64,000 nt of DNA from Amoebophrya sp. A120 (GCA_905178155.1 CAJINV010000004.1:218969-282968); one strand, 5' to 3'; shown: positions 22,401 to 32,395, numbered from the stretch's first letter. The notes: generated from the letters alone by a model not told the origin. Program-made: numbers and translations.

Positions 22401-25400
22401 TAGGCAACAAGATCCTGCAGAGTCTCGCCGTAGACCCCGTAGGCAACGACATACCGGTTGAAGGGATGATACTCGGCAAATACGATCCAGACGAAGAAAA
22501 GACATCACCGTGCAGGAAACAAATTAAGGCGGCTATGGCGGCTATGCAGGGGCTCGTGAACCTGGACGGACACTACTTTCAGGCCCTTCCGGATGGCTAT
22601 GTGCTTCCTCCTATCCTGTAGAGAGGCGTCCCCACTCCAGGACTGCCATGCGAATGCAGATCCTCATGCTCTGCTCTTCAATAATTGTAATTCAGGGCGT
22701 TTTTCATGCGGCTCCTCATGCGAGGCATTTTTCGGTGGTGCTATCGGAGTCTGAATCTATAGTGCGCTGATCAGGATATCATGGATAATGCAATGGATGT
22801 GAAATGCGTCTGGACATCAAGCCGGGCCTTGGCAGCACGGCTACACCTGAGCACCCCTAGTGTCGTGTGTGAGGACTTCGAGAACTTCATCTGGACTTTT
22901 GTTGGTAAGTTTCCAATATCTTGTATCTGGGACTGGGGGGGGCGTTTTTTTCTCGGGATCCCTCCAGACGAGTTTGACGCGAACCGTCGCCGTCGAAATC
23001 ATACGCATTGCAAAAGTGTCGCACTATTGCAGCTATGCATGACAAGCGTAGAAGTTTCTATACCTGAATCAGCTTTCCAAATTCCAACTTTCGTCTTGAG
23101 AAAATTCGTCATGCAGCTTGCACTAGTGCTGCTAGTCCGACCACACTTTTGCAATGCATAGATCATCGACGCCGCGTCACCTCCTACACGCTATCAATTG
23201 TAAACGTGTCTAGCAGGTCTCCGTCTCCTGGAAGCGCTTGCCCAGCTTGTGATGCGGATTCTGGAGTACCGAATTTGTATTGCATTTTTGCCAAAGCCAA
23301 AGGCTGATGTCCAGCATTTCTTGCTGCGCAAGTAGGCAGTTGGTTCCTCGGCATGAGAGGGGATCAACGGTATGAAGCAGCCACCTGCACGAGGCCTGTA
23401 GTGCTCTTGTATGCAGCATTGCGGACCATTGATTTGCGTGATGATAAACAGATAGATTACGCACTGCGAAAGTATCGTATTTTTTGTATAAATGCATTAC
23501 AAATTTCCTCAGCACGATAATATAAAACTTGTAATGGTGCGGATTTGACTTCTCAACAAAAAGATTTGTAATGCATGACTGCAATACGAATACGATACTT
23601 TTGCACAGGATATAGATGCATGAAGAGCAAGTGCATTCTTCCAGACCTAGACGTATTTCCAGGTGATACATGCCCGGGTACACAAATTACGGACGGTACG
23701 ACTGCCACACAACGCACCACGATATCAACATCGATAAATGGTTCGGCGCATACGATTATGAATTGCAAAAGTATAATCGGACTGCTCGTAGATGTAGAAA
23801 TGCAGCACAAATTTGTGCAGTATTGGAAATGAAATTTTTCCTAAACGAAAAAGACTTCGCACTTGCAATGCATACATGCAATTGCTACGACTGCGATTCT
23901 TTTGCAGATGATATCGATGGCAACGGCAGCGGGAGAAATCGCGGGGCGCGGCGCCGTATCTAGTGCAAATATGCCTGGGCCTGGAAGAGTGTAACTTCAA
24001 CTTGTCATGCTACATCTGGATGGTGAAAAAATTTGTGTTGCGTGATTACCAAAAGTTGTCCACTTTTTAACAAGATATCGGCAGTTTCTCATGCAGGAAA
24101 TGCATGATAGGGATCTCACAGAATCTGTCATGCTAGGCCTTGCATGCCAGACCGCGCGGGTCGTGGAGAAGCTGCATGACAAACAAGCTAGCAATCTTCC
24201 AGACCCAGACCCTCTTGCATTGGATACGCCGTATAGAATGCAAATGTGTCTAGATCTGGAAAAGTAGTGCAAGACTTGTCATGCATTTCGCGGCCCCCTC
24301 GCAGGGTCCGGAATGCACGCAGAAGCGTCGCAGATTCATTTGCAAGGCCTGCTGCCAACGCATGTCTATTAACAGTACGATAATGGCCGAAAAGGAATCC
24401 GGAAATCTGGATCGGACAAAAAGAAGGGAGTCCGCCCCTGGCAGGGGGGGGTCCAAGACCCTCCCCTGGGGGGGGCTGGGGGGTGGGGGTTGGGGGGTCC
24501 AGAACCCCCCCCAGGGAGTGGGGAAGGCTGCGGGGTAGGGGGTGAGGGGTTGGGGGGAAGGGCGGACCCCCGGGAGGCCCCCCACTGGGACTCGAGGCGG
24601 AGTCCCGGAAGGGCACGACCCACCACAACCAGCATCGCTAGGGCTGACACATAAGGTGGGAGAAGGGGCGGAGCAATCCGCGCACCCGCTTCACAGGGGG
24701 GGAAGTGCCTCTGCTCTGTTTGGCTATAGCGGAGGGGGCCCTTGGAGGGGGCCTTTGGTGGCGCCTTCTGGCTGCTGTGCGGTAGCAGGCGCTTTGTTCC
24801 GCCCTGGGCTTAATGTATTGCGTTGCCCCGCCCCTGCCAAGTGGGGCGGCCAAAGGCCGCCGGCCGAAGGATGGCTTGCGCTAGGACCTTGCCGGCTGGC
24901 AAACATCCAAGAGGCCCACGCCCCTGCTGTTCCCCCCGGCTTGATGTTTGCGGCCACGCTCCTTGCTTTGCCCTTTTGGGCGGCCGAAGGCCGCCGGCCG
25001 ATGGTTCGCTCCTTTGTCGCCCGTTCGAGGTTAGTATGAACCCCGTGGCCCCCCGTGGTATAGCAAGGAAACAGTAAAGCCTGGGCGCAGGCGAAGGGTT
25101 GACTTGGGAACCAACAAGGCCCAGGCGCAAGCCGGCAACCAAGGCCGCATGGGGCGGTCGTCTAGGTCAGTAAGAGGGCCGGCCCGCTCGGAAGCAAGCG
25201 GCTCGCCTGGAATCTTTTCGCGCCCTCCCCTTGCGCTATCGGTTAGCCTATTACTTTGAGGCGCGCCCCCCTTCTTGCGGTCTCTCTTTGTCCCAACACC
25301 ATCGGCATCGCCCTACCTGCTTTCGTTCGTTCCGGTCCAGACTCCTAGGACCGGCCACCAAGGGGTCGCCCTTTAGGGCGACCCAAGTCTTGTATATACA

Positions 25401-28400
25401 TAATGAGAAAAAATCCGCTTCATGCCTCGCAAGAAGTCGGCAGTACACGGCGCGGCACAATTTTTTTTTTGGCGTTCGAGACCACTTGGCATGACAAGCT
25501 GTGTCCTTCCAGACCCGAAATCAACGTATTGCACTTTATACACTGCGGCGGGGACTTCAACACGCGGCGGCGTGGCGGCGGAAATAATCCCCCACGCCTA
25601 TGGAGGCCGCAGGCTGGAGAAAATTCTCACAGTGGAAGAAATTTGCTAATGCACGATATGCGACACCGTGTCGCATAATGTAAATGTTGCCATATCATGC
25701 GTTACGATATGGGCACATAAGAACGTGACCGCATACTTGCAAAGGACGCAATGTTGAGGCTGATTCTTGTCCTGCTAGGAGTCAAGAATTGGGCTGCTGA
25801 TTAGCATGACAGAAGGGTGGCTCTGTGCCCTAAGCAGCATGAATGACACGCCGTAGGTACCCGGAAACTTTGTCATGCGTCAACTAAAAATGGCGCTTCA
25901 AGAAGTGGCAAAGTCCTGTTTTTTGCATTGCAAGCCATGATGTCCATTTTGAGAATGCCGAACCTGAGGCCTTTATAGTGCCGGCGACACGGAGATCGGC
26001 GTCGGGGACAGTGGAAATATGTTATGTAAAAACGTCCCCACCCCATCTGTGCTTCCATTTGGTCTTTTCCAGTCCATAAACACCCCATACATAGTCAAGA
26101 TGGGGAATCGGCTAGACAAATCCATAAGCTTTGGCTGTTTTGCATGATAGATTTGGGCTCGTAGTGTAGTGCTGTTTGAGGGCGGAGCTAAGCAGCATCA
26201 CAGATCTAGCATATCGTGCTGCTTGGAGGATGACGAAATCCACAACAGCACGACTAGACAAGGCTTCCCATGGGGCTCCGCGTGAGAAACTCTTTCGGCG
26301 TGCAGATTTGCATGACAACTCTGGTATGGGGACGCTTTTACCTAGGATAGGACAGACGGGGACCTCAGTCTCCTCGAGATCGGTACTGCAGGTTATCTAT
26401 CCTGTGCAAAAGTAATATCGTACTCGTATTGCAGTCATGCATTACAAGTCTTTCTCTAAAGGTAAATCAGCATTACAAATTCATTTTTCTCACGCTGAGG
26501 AAATTTGTAATGCGTTTTTTTATACGACGAGTGCGATACTTTTGCAATTCATATTATCTACACACTGCAAATAATGCGGCGCCTATCAAATGCAAGTATT
26601 AACATGTCTGCGTCTGGAAAGTTGTGATGCTGATGCCAAGATGTGGATGATAGAAGCACTTCGAAATCATGCAGCCACTTATGACACCTTTCCAGTAGAA
26701 TCATGCAGCCAAACACTTTGTATGCCAAAAGAGGGTGTGACTTCTCTTGCTGGTCAGGCATTGGTCGTAAAGCGGATGATTATGGGTTGAGGTGTGAAAG
26801 AAAAAGTTCGTGCAGTGCTACAGATTTCAAACGCGGAGTGTTCGCCGTCTCAGGGCGGTGTAGCGGATCTCCCGTGCAAAGACAGAATCAGCGGAAATCG
26901 GGTCCCGGGTAGATTTTGCATTTCCATTTTACCTAGAGGACGCAAGCCTCATACAATATCATACCTCCATGCAAGAAATAGAAATATTACTAAACCAGCA
27001 TTAATACAAGTTCAAGTTCCAACCATCCACCAGACCCAGACATATTTCCAGCGCATAGGTACCTCAGACGTCCGTTGGGAGAGTGGATTCGAGCTTGTTG
27101 CTTTTTCCATGCGCTCCAATTTCTAGAGCGACCATCTACTTTCTAGTAGGGTCACGCTTGACAGAGAGATTGAGTCTGCCAAATGAGAGTGTCATTTTGT
27201 TGACACCTGAGCACTAAGCAGGAGCGCTTTGTCTCCAGGACACACATGACTCTATCTGAGACGTAGTATCGGCACGGTACTAGCCTTCCGGGCTGCTTCG
27301 CTAAGTATCCACTTCTGCTGACGATTTTTCATGGTTATCTAGGCACAAAAACTCTGCACTTCTCGAGCCAGAAGTTCCCAGACTTCTAGACGTGTCCCAG
27401 TCTGCGACATATGCGTTGCAAATATATCTGGGTCTCGAGTCGTGCAAACTTGTAAATCTGTCAAGCAACTTAGAGCTTCAGACTGCACAAAAGTGAATGA
27501 TGCAGGTAAAGTACGTGTGCCACAGTATATAAATTAAAGTTGCCCACTTCTACTTGGCACTTTAAGGTGTGAATTGTCATGTGGACTAGGCATTGAGAAA
27601 CCTTTATGTCCACACAAAGCGTTGTTCCGATGTGACGAAATGAATCACATCATAGAAACAAACTTCTGCACTCATCCAGACTCAGACGCAATTGCACTTC
27701 ATACGACGTAAACGCGGGCGATTTTATTTGCACTGCATACCAACGGCTCTCGGAGCAGCCGCTGGGCCCCCTGACGCCGGGGAACGTACTCGCTGAGTGC
27801 GCGAAAGTGTGCACGCAGATCGTGCCCCGCTGTGTGGGGTTTGCTTTTGTGGACGCTCAAAAAGATTACCGTCAGGAGGCCGACGAAACTCTAAAGACGA
27901 AGGTCGATACCGGCGAAAAAGATACTGTCACGATGGAACTTACAGACATCTATGATAAGGTTGATAGCGAGAAGGATGATAATGATAAAAAAGGGCATAA
28001 GTGGAGGCCAGAAGAAAACTGCGAGTATTGCACGGATTGCATTGGCCATGCCCCCTCTGTATCCCGTGACGTAAAGGCGTCCCTGCCTCCCCCGAGCCGA
28101 GCGCGCGGGATCCCGACGCCGCAAGTCCTCAGCTCCCACCTCCCACAAGAAACACGCACAGCGCAATAGAATCAATAAAGCAGTCCGATAAGTGGCAGCG
28201 TCAACTATCTAGCTATCCAGTGCAAATATGTCTGGGTCTGCAAAAATGCGAACTTGTGATACGCATGTCACATCACACAAAATCTGTCACGTATGGAAGT
28301 CAACAGCTGCACATTTCTGGCCACCGAAAAAAAGGCTTCGTGATGCGGATTACGCATTAAGAATTAGAGACTTTCTCAAATAAATCTGCGATGCTAGTGC

Positions 28401-31400
28401 TTCCATGCCAGACCTTCTTTGTCATGCACAAACAGCGTGGCAAAAACTTCCCGACTCTTCCCATGGGTTCGCTTCCATGATTGCCGCCGGGGACGTTCTT
28501 ACGCAGTCAGCCGGATGACTGTGACCTGGCTCGTACTGTGAACGCAGCCGGATGCCTGTAACCTGGCTCGTCTTCGATGGGCAGGCGGATGATTGTGACC
28601 TGTCTCGCCCATCAAGGTCCCTAATCCGTAGGCCCTAGACGTTACCCGGCCCGCGAATGACTCCAGGGCAGCCGGGTGGTTGTTGCCTGGTTCTGAAGGG
28701 CTTCGGCGATGATCGATTGCGCCACTACTGCGGTCCGGCTACTCAGGATCGCAATCGATGGAGGGCGGGATCTGCGCCGGCGACCGGCGCTAGCCAGCCA
28801 ACCAACCACACATCTGCACTCTTCCAGACCCAGGCGCTTTGGCCTTTGATACTAGCTCACTTTGTGCAACTTGGTCGCGTTCTATTTTCGTCAAAGTGGC
28901 GTAAAGCTTCTATGCGCTTGATTTTGTTTTGTTCCAGCACGTGAAACCCCCCAAAGTCAAGATGGGGACTAAGCTACAAAAGCCAACAGCTTTACTTGGT
29001 TGTCGCGCATGGCAAGCTTAGGCTCGCAGTGTGGCCGTCTTTCGGTAGTGCTGGAGCTGCATCGCCAATCGATCGTCTCGCACTGATGCTAGCGCTAGGC
29101 CCTCTGGTAGCGTCGCAGCATGCTTCTCATGTGGTTGCCCACGAGAAACATTGCTGGTGTGCGTATGTTTGTGACAAATCAATCGGGGTCGGGGACGTTT
29201 TTAGCCGGGATAGCGTGGCACCGATTCTGGTTGTGATGAGAATAAGGATGACTGCATATGAATCAAAAATATGTCCTCTCGGTCTGGAAGTCGAAGACTT
29301 TTCCAATACTCGCGCTGGTAGTACTAATTTGTTATTGTTTATGATATCTGCAATAGTGATAGTCGTGAAGTCTGCATAGATATGTACTCTAGACCTCTAG
29401 CGCGGGCTTTCTCGCTCCAGGACGCCCGCTGGTACGAGTAAAAAATTACTCGTAAATTAATAGCACTAGAACTGCGAGCCAGCGTTTCCACTTGATGGGA
29501 ATAAGACTGCTGAAGCTGGCGCGCCCCACCAGGTGGGCGAGCCGTTTGCCGGGTGGACTCCACGAAAAAACAAAGCCGCGCCCAAAGCGACGGCCGGCAA
29601 GAAAACGGCCGCGACCTCACTACCTCCGCCCCGGCGGCTATATTTGGTAGATGTCCGGAAATTTCCGAGCGCGCGAGAGACTTGCACGAAGTCGAGAAAA
29701 GCTAACAAAAAGGAGAACTAAAGGAAAACGAGCGGCCTTCTTGGATGCCCAAGGAATTGGAGGCGTTGCCAGAGGGGCAAGCCTGCGGGCCGGTGTGGGA
29801 GACCCAAACTAGGTAGAAGGTGTCTCTAGAGTGGAGTCCATTTCTTTAGGGGGGCAAACCGGCGGGCCACTCTATCTCGATAGAGCCCATTTTAAGAGGG
29901 CACCCTAGGTGGCATGGAAGCATGAGCACCCCGCCGCCCGTGTGGGATCAGCTCAGCACGCCAGACGGCAGATATGATCCGAGGCGGTGTCGTTTGTGGT
30001 TGTGCGTCGTTTTGCCTCGACGCCTCCGTCTCCATCTGTCCCTCGTTGTCGTGGCTTGCCGTGCTTACCCCGTGGGCCTGTTCTTTGCCCCGCCCCCTAG
30101 GCTTTTTGTTGTGGCTTTGGTGCCGACCCCTGCCCCTCTCTTATTACGAGCTCGCTAGAGGGAGCGCCGAGGCCGACTCACTTCGCGCGGGCGCTTGTTT
30201 CTTCTCCAATGCCGGGCGGGGGGTTTGAAAGAATTCGAAAACCAAGGCCGCCCTGGTGTTTTCCGGCTGAAAAGCTGTTGGAATTATTTAGCCGGCCCTG
30301 GGGCGCCCGCTTCGTTTTGTGCCGTCCGAGGGGATAGGCGGTCTTCGCACTCTGATCGCTGGCGTTTGCCGTCCGGCGGAGGCTTGCCGGGCGCTTCGGT
30401 TTTCTTTCCGAGATTCTCTGGGGCCTGTCCCGTGGCAAACAGCAGACAGCTACAGTCCCCGGATAGCAGGCCCATTGAGGAGTTCTATAAGCAGCCTGAA
30501 GAGGGGGCCAGGTAGCCGCTTCGTTTGTTTCCTCGTTTTTGACCCACGCGCACCCGGCCCGCCCGGCGGCTTTTTCGCCTTCGGGGAATGTTGTCAGTCT
30601 GCCGGTCCGACGTTCTTCGAAAACCCCGCACCAAGTAGCAGGGAAGTAGCCGCCTTTCGCCACACCGACCGCGCAGTGACGAGGGCACGCCATATATATC
30701 CACTGCCTGGTCTCTGAAGTTTGAGCTTCGCTCTCAATGCCAGCAGGGGCGTGCTGGCCTTAGTTGGATCCCCGGTTGACAGGCTGCAGGCTGCGCGATA
30801 GAGAAAGATGCTACAGAAGAAATTTGACCTGTGTGGCTGCTTCGCGCAGTCGGTCTGTCCTCTGTCGCTCATTTAGCAGCGTGGAAGCTTTTCAGACAGA
30901 GAGACACTTGCAACTCATACCACGACGCAGCGTACAACTGCGACTCTTACTCTGGCTGCGAATATCGAGGGACCTCCTGGAGCAGAGAAGAGCTTGTTGC
31001 GCAAGAGGAGGAGATATGGAGGCGTTGGTGTCAAAATCGGCAAAGTTGAAAAATTTGCAACGCACAAATGCAGCAAGCAGCTTACCCGCATTTTTGGAGG
31101 CGAGCGTTTGTGACTAAGTGATGGCGATTGGTGTAAGCCTGTCTCGAGTTGCGTATAAGGATGCGAAAGTAGGATGATAAAAGAGGCGGGCGCCGCTTTT
31201 TTTTGCACGCGCAGCATGAGAATAGGGATCTCGGTGCTCCCAAATGTGTCATGCGCTACCTAGAGCTAGAGACTGAACAAGCGGAGCATTGTTTCCTATG
31301 CATCGCAAATCTTTTCAATTCTGTCGGGTTCAAGCCTGGCGCCTCCATATGAAAGGCGTGGGACGTATTGCTGTGTGGTTTACCAGGGCGCGAACCCGGG

Positions 31401-32395
31401 GAAATTGTTGCGGCAAGCGGAGAGGCGCAGACACACCGACCCCACGTCTGGCAGTGGGGACGATGGATCTGCCAACCGCCGGCGCGAGGATAAGTGCAGA
31501 AGGGTAAATCTTTCCTATGTAAGAACGCCCCTCCTACCCGAGAGCAAGTGCTATGCAGCAACTCTGAAATCCTACATGTACATGCAAATCAAATACATCT
31601 GCATCTAGTAGTTCTGATGCGCGGCGCGGCCGGAAGCAGTATTTTATAATGCTGTCCTCGAGTTGCTTCGTTATCGTTTGTGTTGTCTCCTGGCCGATTT
31701 GTGTTGATGCTGCTGGATCAGCTAAAAAGACTACACTGTGACCCCAAAACTGTCTTGTGCGACAGCCGAAGCTTCGTGACTTGTGTAGCTGAGCGGTCCC
31801 CCAATTTTACTCTAGTGGTGTGGGGCCGTTCTTCAACAAAATAAAATCAGGAGGCTCCGTATGAGGACGAGGATCCTCGGGAGAATCCGGATCTGGAGTA
31901 TGCCTTGCAAATATGTATGAGTCTGGATTTCTCGTGCAAGAACATTTCAAGGACAACAAGTTCGGTGATGCATGAAAAGGTGTGGCCAGCTTTTCCTTCG
32001 TGTTGGATGGCGCCAGTTTGTCGGGCTAAACGCGATCGCATTTGCAAGACGTCGAGCATGCTGTGGCGCTGGGTGCGGGTGTCCACTGCATGATGATGAT
32101 GATGATGATGATGATGAGCAAAACTTCTCCCGCTGTGATGCCGTAGAAGGGAAGCCTCTGAAGTTCGAGGACCACGAGGGCGGACTGTCTGCGTCCTTCC
32201 AGACCCACACATATTTGCAGTTGATACCGTGGGCCACACGACGACGGTGGGGGACGTCGCCAAGCCTTTTACGTGCGAGGCCGCCGATGGTTCCAAAGCA
32301 GAGGATGACACTTGGAGGGAAAGAAATAGAAGGAGACAGCATCAGACCTTCCCCATCTCCGGACACTGGTGGACCTACTTGCGGGACTTGGCCTT
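4473..32395 (+). CDS. Multi-exon gene X: large protein with 2 PAN/Apple-like modules, Cys-rich and Arg-cluster segments; 5' and 3' ends uncertain
   Basis: Excising TAT..ATA elements plus 5 nt gives an open frame across exons 14375-14487, 14720-14783, 15121-15191, 15536-15581, 16093-16118, 16610-16635, 16940-16980, 17330-17362, 18051-18127, 18562-18613, 22294-22373, 22462-22611, 22966-23001, 23166-23191, 23674-23756, 23919-23956, 25546-25598, 25983-26017, 26355-26397, 26559-26583, 27063-27120. After one unresolved junction it continues through ~27745-28059, 29218-29256, 30925-31014, 31355-31503, 31851-31898, 32232-32395. Motifs: STFEGCFEMCLAMKNCVAF..ANCVL and AECAKVCTQIVPRCVGFAF. Upstream exons 4473-4597, 4891-4953, 12304-12346 and 14040-14058 are weaker. 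Confidence 0.7.
4598..4885. mobile_element. IR introner, family 1
   Basis: Left TATgcacggcaaa..tctggatctggaa; right ttctggactgagtcatatttgcgacgcGTA. Confidence 0.6.
5975..6877 (+). CDS. Tyrosine recombinase (retrotransposon-type integrase)
   Basis: ATG 5975 within ORF 5930..6877. Catalytic set: R (LGIRGDT), K (VRKDKT), HxxR (SGHGPRR), W (RQGWS), Y (FFEYS). Also a CPV motif and an N-terminal 'FLLAQG..SAAGYLSS' core-binding-like helix, typical of DIRS-order YRs. Confidence 0.85.
   Translation: MARGRPHTYSFRGPAPSVFGTRSPQSSHARAWQAFKVQKGLEQAREVGIADFRQFAAFLLAQGFTSAAGYLSSAVTLEGEAGRIKNILFPRQLLGLQRAIGRYLKSQNLQPKKATPIFLASLGRMTQREKEILVVASALGIRGDTLTAISRSQVFLRRQGGVTRSAALMVRKDKTSQLRRMEVLCMCKKSRVNVCPVCSVENWATLFPISKCEFMSACRLAETSGHGPRRTCAITSRLAWNRKKAAKARQKLVAVVSNRQGWSLQARSLSFFEYSDDFARFSDQEQQLLCCWSPEEDDLE
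7364..8506 (+). CDS. Gag-like ORF: Lys/Ala/Pro-rich basic N-tail and C-terminal CCCH zinc finger
   Basis: ATG 7364. MPAKAKAKAKHPAKAKAPAKPKGK...; CHDFLRGRCNRGSSCRFPH (C-x7-C-x5-C-x3-H). Lies immediately upstream of the RT ORF. Confidence 0.75.
   Translation: MPAKAKAKAKHPAKAKAPAKPKGKAPPHKAKAVKAVAKPFAKVKAPPMAAPEVEEDEICAALLAEEEGEAGPARKGPPPVKKRKAVQDFSDSEVEAFGISRSELLAHQREPSPLDSLSSVDVPAESLARAVLDYNGVRSLHICSSVEIKALKGIKALNASERAEVKMILSSAPKHRTAQTTRFGIFFADHFTEQAYGVRAKIDARLPLEDLASYYKAEKGSPTTNVMLIRNTHKVLRNSDLVSEAEFHDLTALGESRRLDPAQYRDILNGEVRGGTQGFGARVVGQIRSLQIPAPPKQLAPRPPGPGPAPPGRASSSGIPKVWDPVRGEEILATTSNVGIVCHDFLRGRCNRGSSCRFPHVLRSPFVIKDLRGDAQAPPK
9346..11676 (+). CDS. Reverse transcriptase-RNase H polyprotein (DIRS-order type)
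   Basis: 776 aa. RT motifs GWLQGP, KIRLCDN, IDIANAYKNV, LLFG, YIDD, VLGLDFD. RNase H motifs YSDAS, INVLE, FLDNTTA, WLPSGENVADATTR. Confidence 0.93.
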   Translation: MESSPADKVSAFLSRVQRDRDRFLPGLSQDRSHPAFSGRRLISRHNEQCLREGHSSSFGDFSDRILAGVYWLACARADPATVSRSEQVLAGGWKDTRPIRSKFNFGVIEKIGRESAFSGFSHVWRVLASGGESVGPTAAQDFWPSKLMKASEGGRLPPAPTTGSGSGDLAASVEGAENISRLRQRSSSWMPGEDVKHCWDTTIQETEDGWLQGPFTLDEAWEKGARILLTRFAHHEADKIRLCDNGVPLNVCSDISSSMPIPSVHHALALASSSAILLEEGGPPRVDFWRDLRVFDQGGNRADPLACEEYDFDPFPDARPSDPGWREVAWAALDHIPNFDAAEDGADPEGAGLCQWVIDIANAYKNVSISKAGSATNWIGVFDPKAKAYKAFRGLTLLFGNIHSVTEWLIVGQFLAFCVRWLFCVALIIYIDDMTGTAPRRVRRLLMRAIVYMLEVLGFPWKPKKVKWGRTALRVLGLDFDVSQSPPTMQLSEVKRATLRAALVEVLGAGELSPARASTLSGKFLFPFSLLVGRRLNGLLKPVFRRGGLFHSRATCLPLGSGCAASLRFMAACLPVLPPISFLRVGLPVEVCYSDASWKRGRGILGGVRLLQEGAFQAFRHPVSRADNFPSASWGSFPINVLESFTPVILLMLWGPTLSHKRVVFFLDNTTAVGVLRSRSGERAHLSVVAALFWSLCARFAIVPYFEWLPSGENVADATTRDALWAQFCRVARVQLHSCVALGDEIQRFLTTVATPLEDPCELLDSIPAEELLAQV
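12347..13887. mobile_element. IR introner, family 1, expanded by an internal repeat array
   Basis: TATggagtgcaaatgtgtctacgtctggaag ... ggcatttgcaatgcATA; perfect DR tgtcg/tgtcg. Confidence 0.85.
12680..13230. repeat. Degenerate ~75-bp tandem array (~7-8 units)
   Basis: Core agaagtggccagctttgg-like motif at ~12757, 12823, 12897, 12976, 13047, 13127, 13207. Confidence 0.6.
14059..14369. mobile_element. IR introner, family 2
   Basis: TATgggagtgccaggctcgaaatcg ... gcctggcgcgcccATA. Confidence 0.8.
14784..15115. mobile_element. IR introner, family 3
   Basis: TATcctctgtaataacgtc ... gatgtctttactcaggATA; frame restored on excision. Confidence 0.7.
15192..15530. mobile_element. IR introner, family 3
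   Basis: TATcctatgtgaaaacgtcc ... ggacgtttttaaatgcgATA; DR gaccc/gatcc; interior homologous to 26018-26349. Confidence 0.88.
15582..16087. mobile_element. IR introner, family 1
   Basis: TATtaaatgcaaaaatatctcggtctggaa ... ttccagattcaggcgtcggatttgcagtggATA. Confidence 0.8.
16119..16604. mobile_element. IR introner (family-3-like, degenerate)
   Basis: TATcgctagaaaaagc ... gtttttttcatcctggATA; frame restored on excision. Confidence 0.6.
16636..16934. mobile_element. IR introner, family 1
   Basis: TATgaagtgccaatatgcctcggtc ... cccagacatatttgcaatgcATA. Confidence 0.85.
16981..17324. mobile_element. IR introner, family 1
   Basis: TATcagatgcaaatgtgtc ... gacatattggcgtctgATA. Confidence 0.85.
17363..18045. 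mobile_element. IR introner, family 2, containing a second family-2 copy (17607-17912)
   Basis: Two left TIRs (17363, 17607) followed by two right TIRs (17912, 18045). Confidence 0.85.
18128..18556. mobile_element. IR introner, family 1
   Basis: TATgcgtcacagatatgtctgggtc ... gaccgagacacatttgcatttgATC; DR attct/actcg. Confidence 0.8.
22612..22960. mobile_element. IR introner, family 3
   Basis: TATcctgtagagaggcgtcccc ... ggggcgttttttctcgggATC; perfect DR cctcc. Confidence 0.85.
23002..23160. mobile_element. IR introner, family 4 (short)
   Basis: TACgcattgcaaaagtgt ... acacttttgcaatgcATA; DR aatca/gatca. Confidence 0.85.
23192..23668. mobile_element. IR introner, family 1, with nested family-4 copy (23458-23612, DR tagat/tagat)
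   Basis: Outer DR cacgc/catgc. The inner copy is a reverse-complement homologue of 26398-26553. Confidence 0.85.
23757..23913. mobile_element. IR introner, family 4
   Basis: TATgaattgcaaaag ... cttttgcagatgATA; DR acgat/tcgat. Confidence 0.85.
23957..24226. mobile_element. IR introner, family 1
   Basis: TATctagtgcaaatatgcctgggcctggaag ... cttccagacccagaccctcttgcattggATA; perfect DR cgccg. Confidence 0.9.
24232..25540. mobile_element. IR introner, family 1, with ~1.1-kb GC-rich passenger
   Basis: TATagaatgcaaatgtgtctagatctggaa ... ttccagacccgaaatcaacgtattgcacttTATA; starts 5 nt after the previous element. Confidence 0.85.
25599..25977. mobile_element. IR introner, family 2
   Basis: TATggaggccgcagg ... 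cctgaggcctttATA; DR acgcc/gtgcc. Confidence 0.75.
26018..26349. mobile_element. IR introner, family 3
   Basis: TATgttatgtaaaaacgtcccc ... ggggacgcttttacctaggATA; DR ggaaa/ggaca. Confidence 0.88.
26398..26553. mobile_element. IR introner, family 4
   Basis: TATcctgtgcaaaagta ... tacttttgcaattcATA; perfect DR ttatc. Confidence 0.88.
26584..27057. mobile_element. IR introner, family 1
   Basis: TATcaaatgcaag..atgtctgcgtctgg ... ccagacccagacatatttccagcgcATA. Confidence 0.8.
27410..27703. mobile_element. IR introner, family 1, nested in the right end of an older element (~27121-27739)
   Basis: DR cgaca/cgacg. The outer element ends tatttgcactgcATA at 27739, with DR ccaat/ccaac. Confidence 0.75.
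28060..29212. mobile_element. IR introner, family 3, with nested family-1 copy (28214-28851, perfect DR ctagc)
   Basis: TATcccgtgacgtaaaggcgtccc ... ggggacgtttttagccgggATA; frame restored (APS|GTDSGC). Confidence 0.85.
28508..28608. repeat. Three ~37-bp tandem units (cagccggatgactgtgacctggctcg)
   Basis: Units at 28508, 28544 and 28582, inside the nested introner. Confidence 0.8.
29257..30919. mobile_element. IR introner, family 1, with ~1.3-kb GC-rich passenger
   Basis: TATgaatcaaaaatatgtcctctcggtctggaag ... ttcagacagagagacacttgcaactcATA; frame restored (DDC|NAAYNC). Confidence 0.75.
31015..31349. mobile_element. IR introner, family 2
   Basis: TATggaggcgttgg..aaagttgaa ... ttcaattctgtcgggttcaagcctggcgcctccATA. 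Confidence 0.85.
31504..31850 (+). other. Canonical GT-AG spliceosomal intron
   Basis: agg|gtaaat ... aatcag|gag; joins CRR|EAPYEDE in frame. Confidence 0.7.
31899..32226. mobile_element. IR introner, family 1, containing a (GAT)9 microsatellite (~32091-32117)
   Basis: TATgccttgcaaatatgtatgagtctgg ... ccagacccacacatatttgcagttgATA. Confidence 0.85.

Noticed and set aside
28508-28608. CRISPR-like repeat-spacer pattern
   Set aside because: Only 3 imperfect units with ~10-nt spacers, no cas genes, eukaryotic intron context.
31847-32311. Minus-strand ORF with a poly-His tract
   Set aside because: Translation of a (GAT)n microsatellite inside an introner, antisense to gene X.
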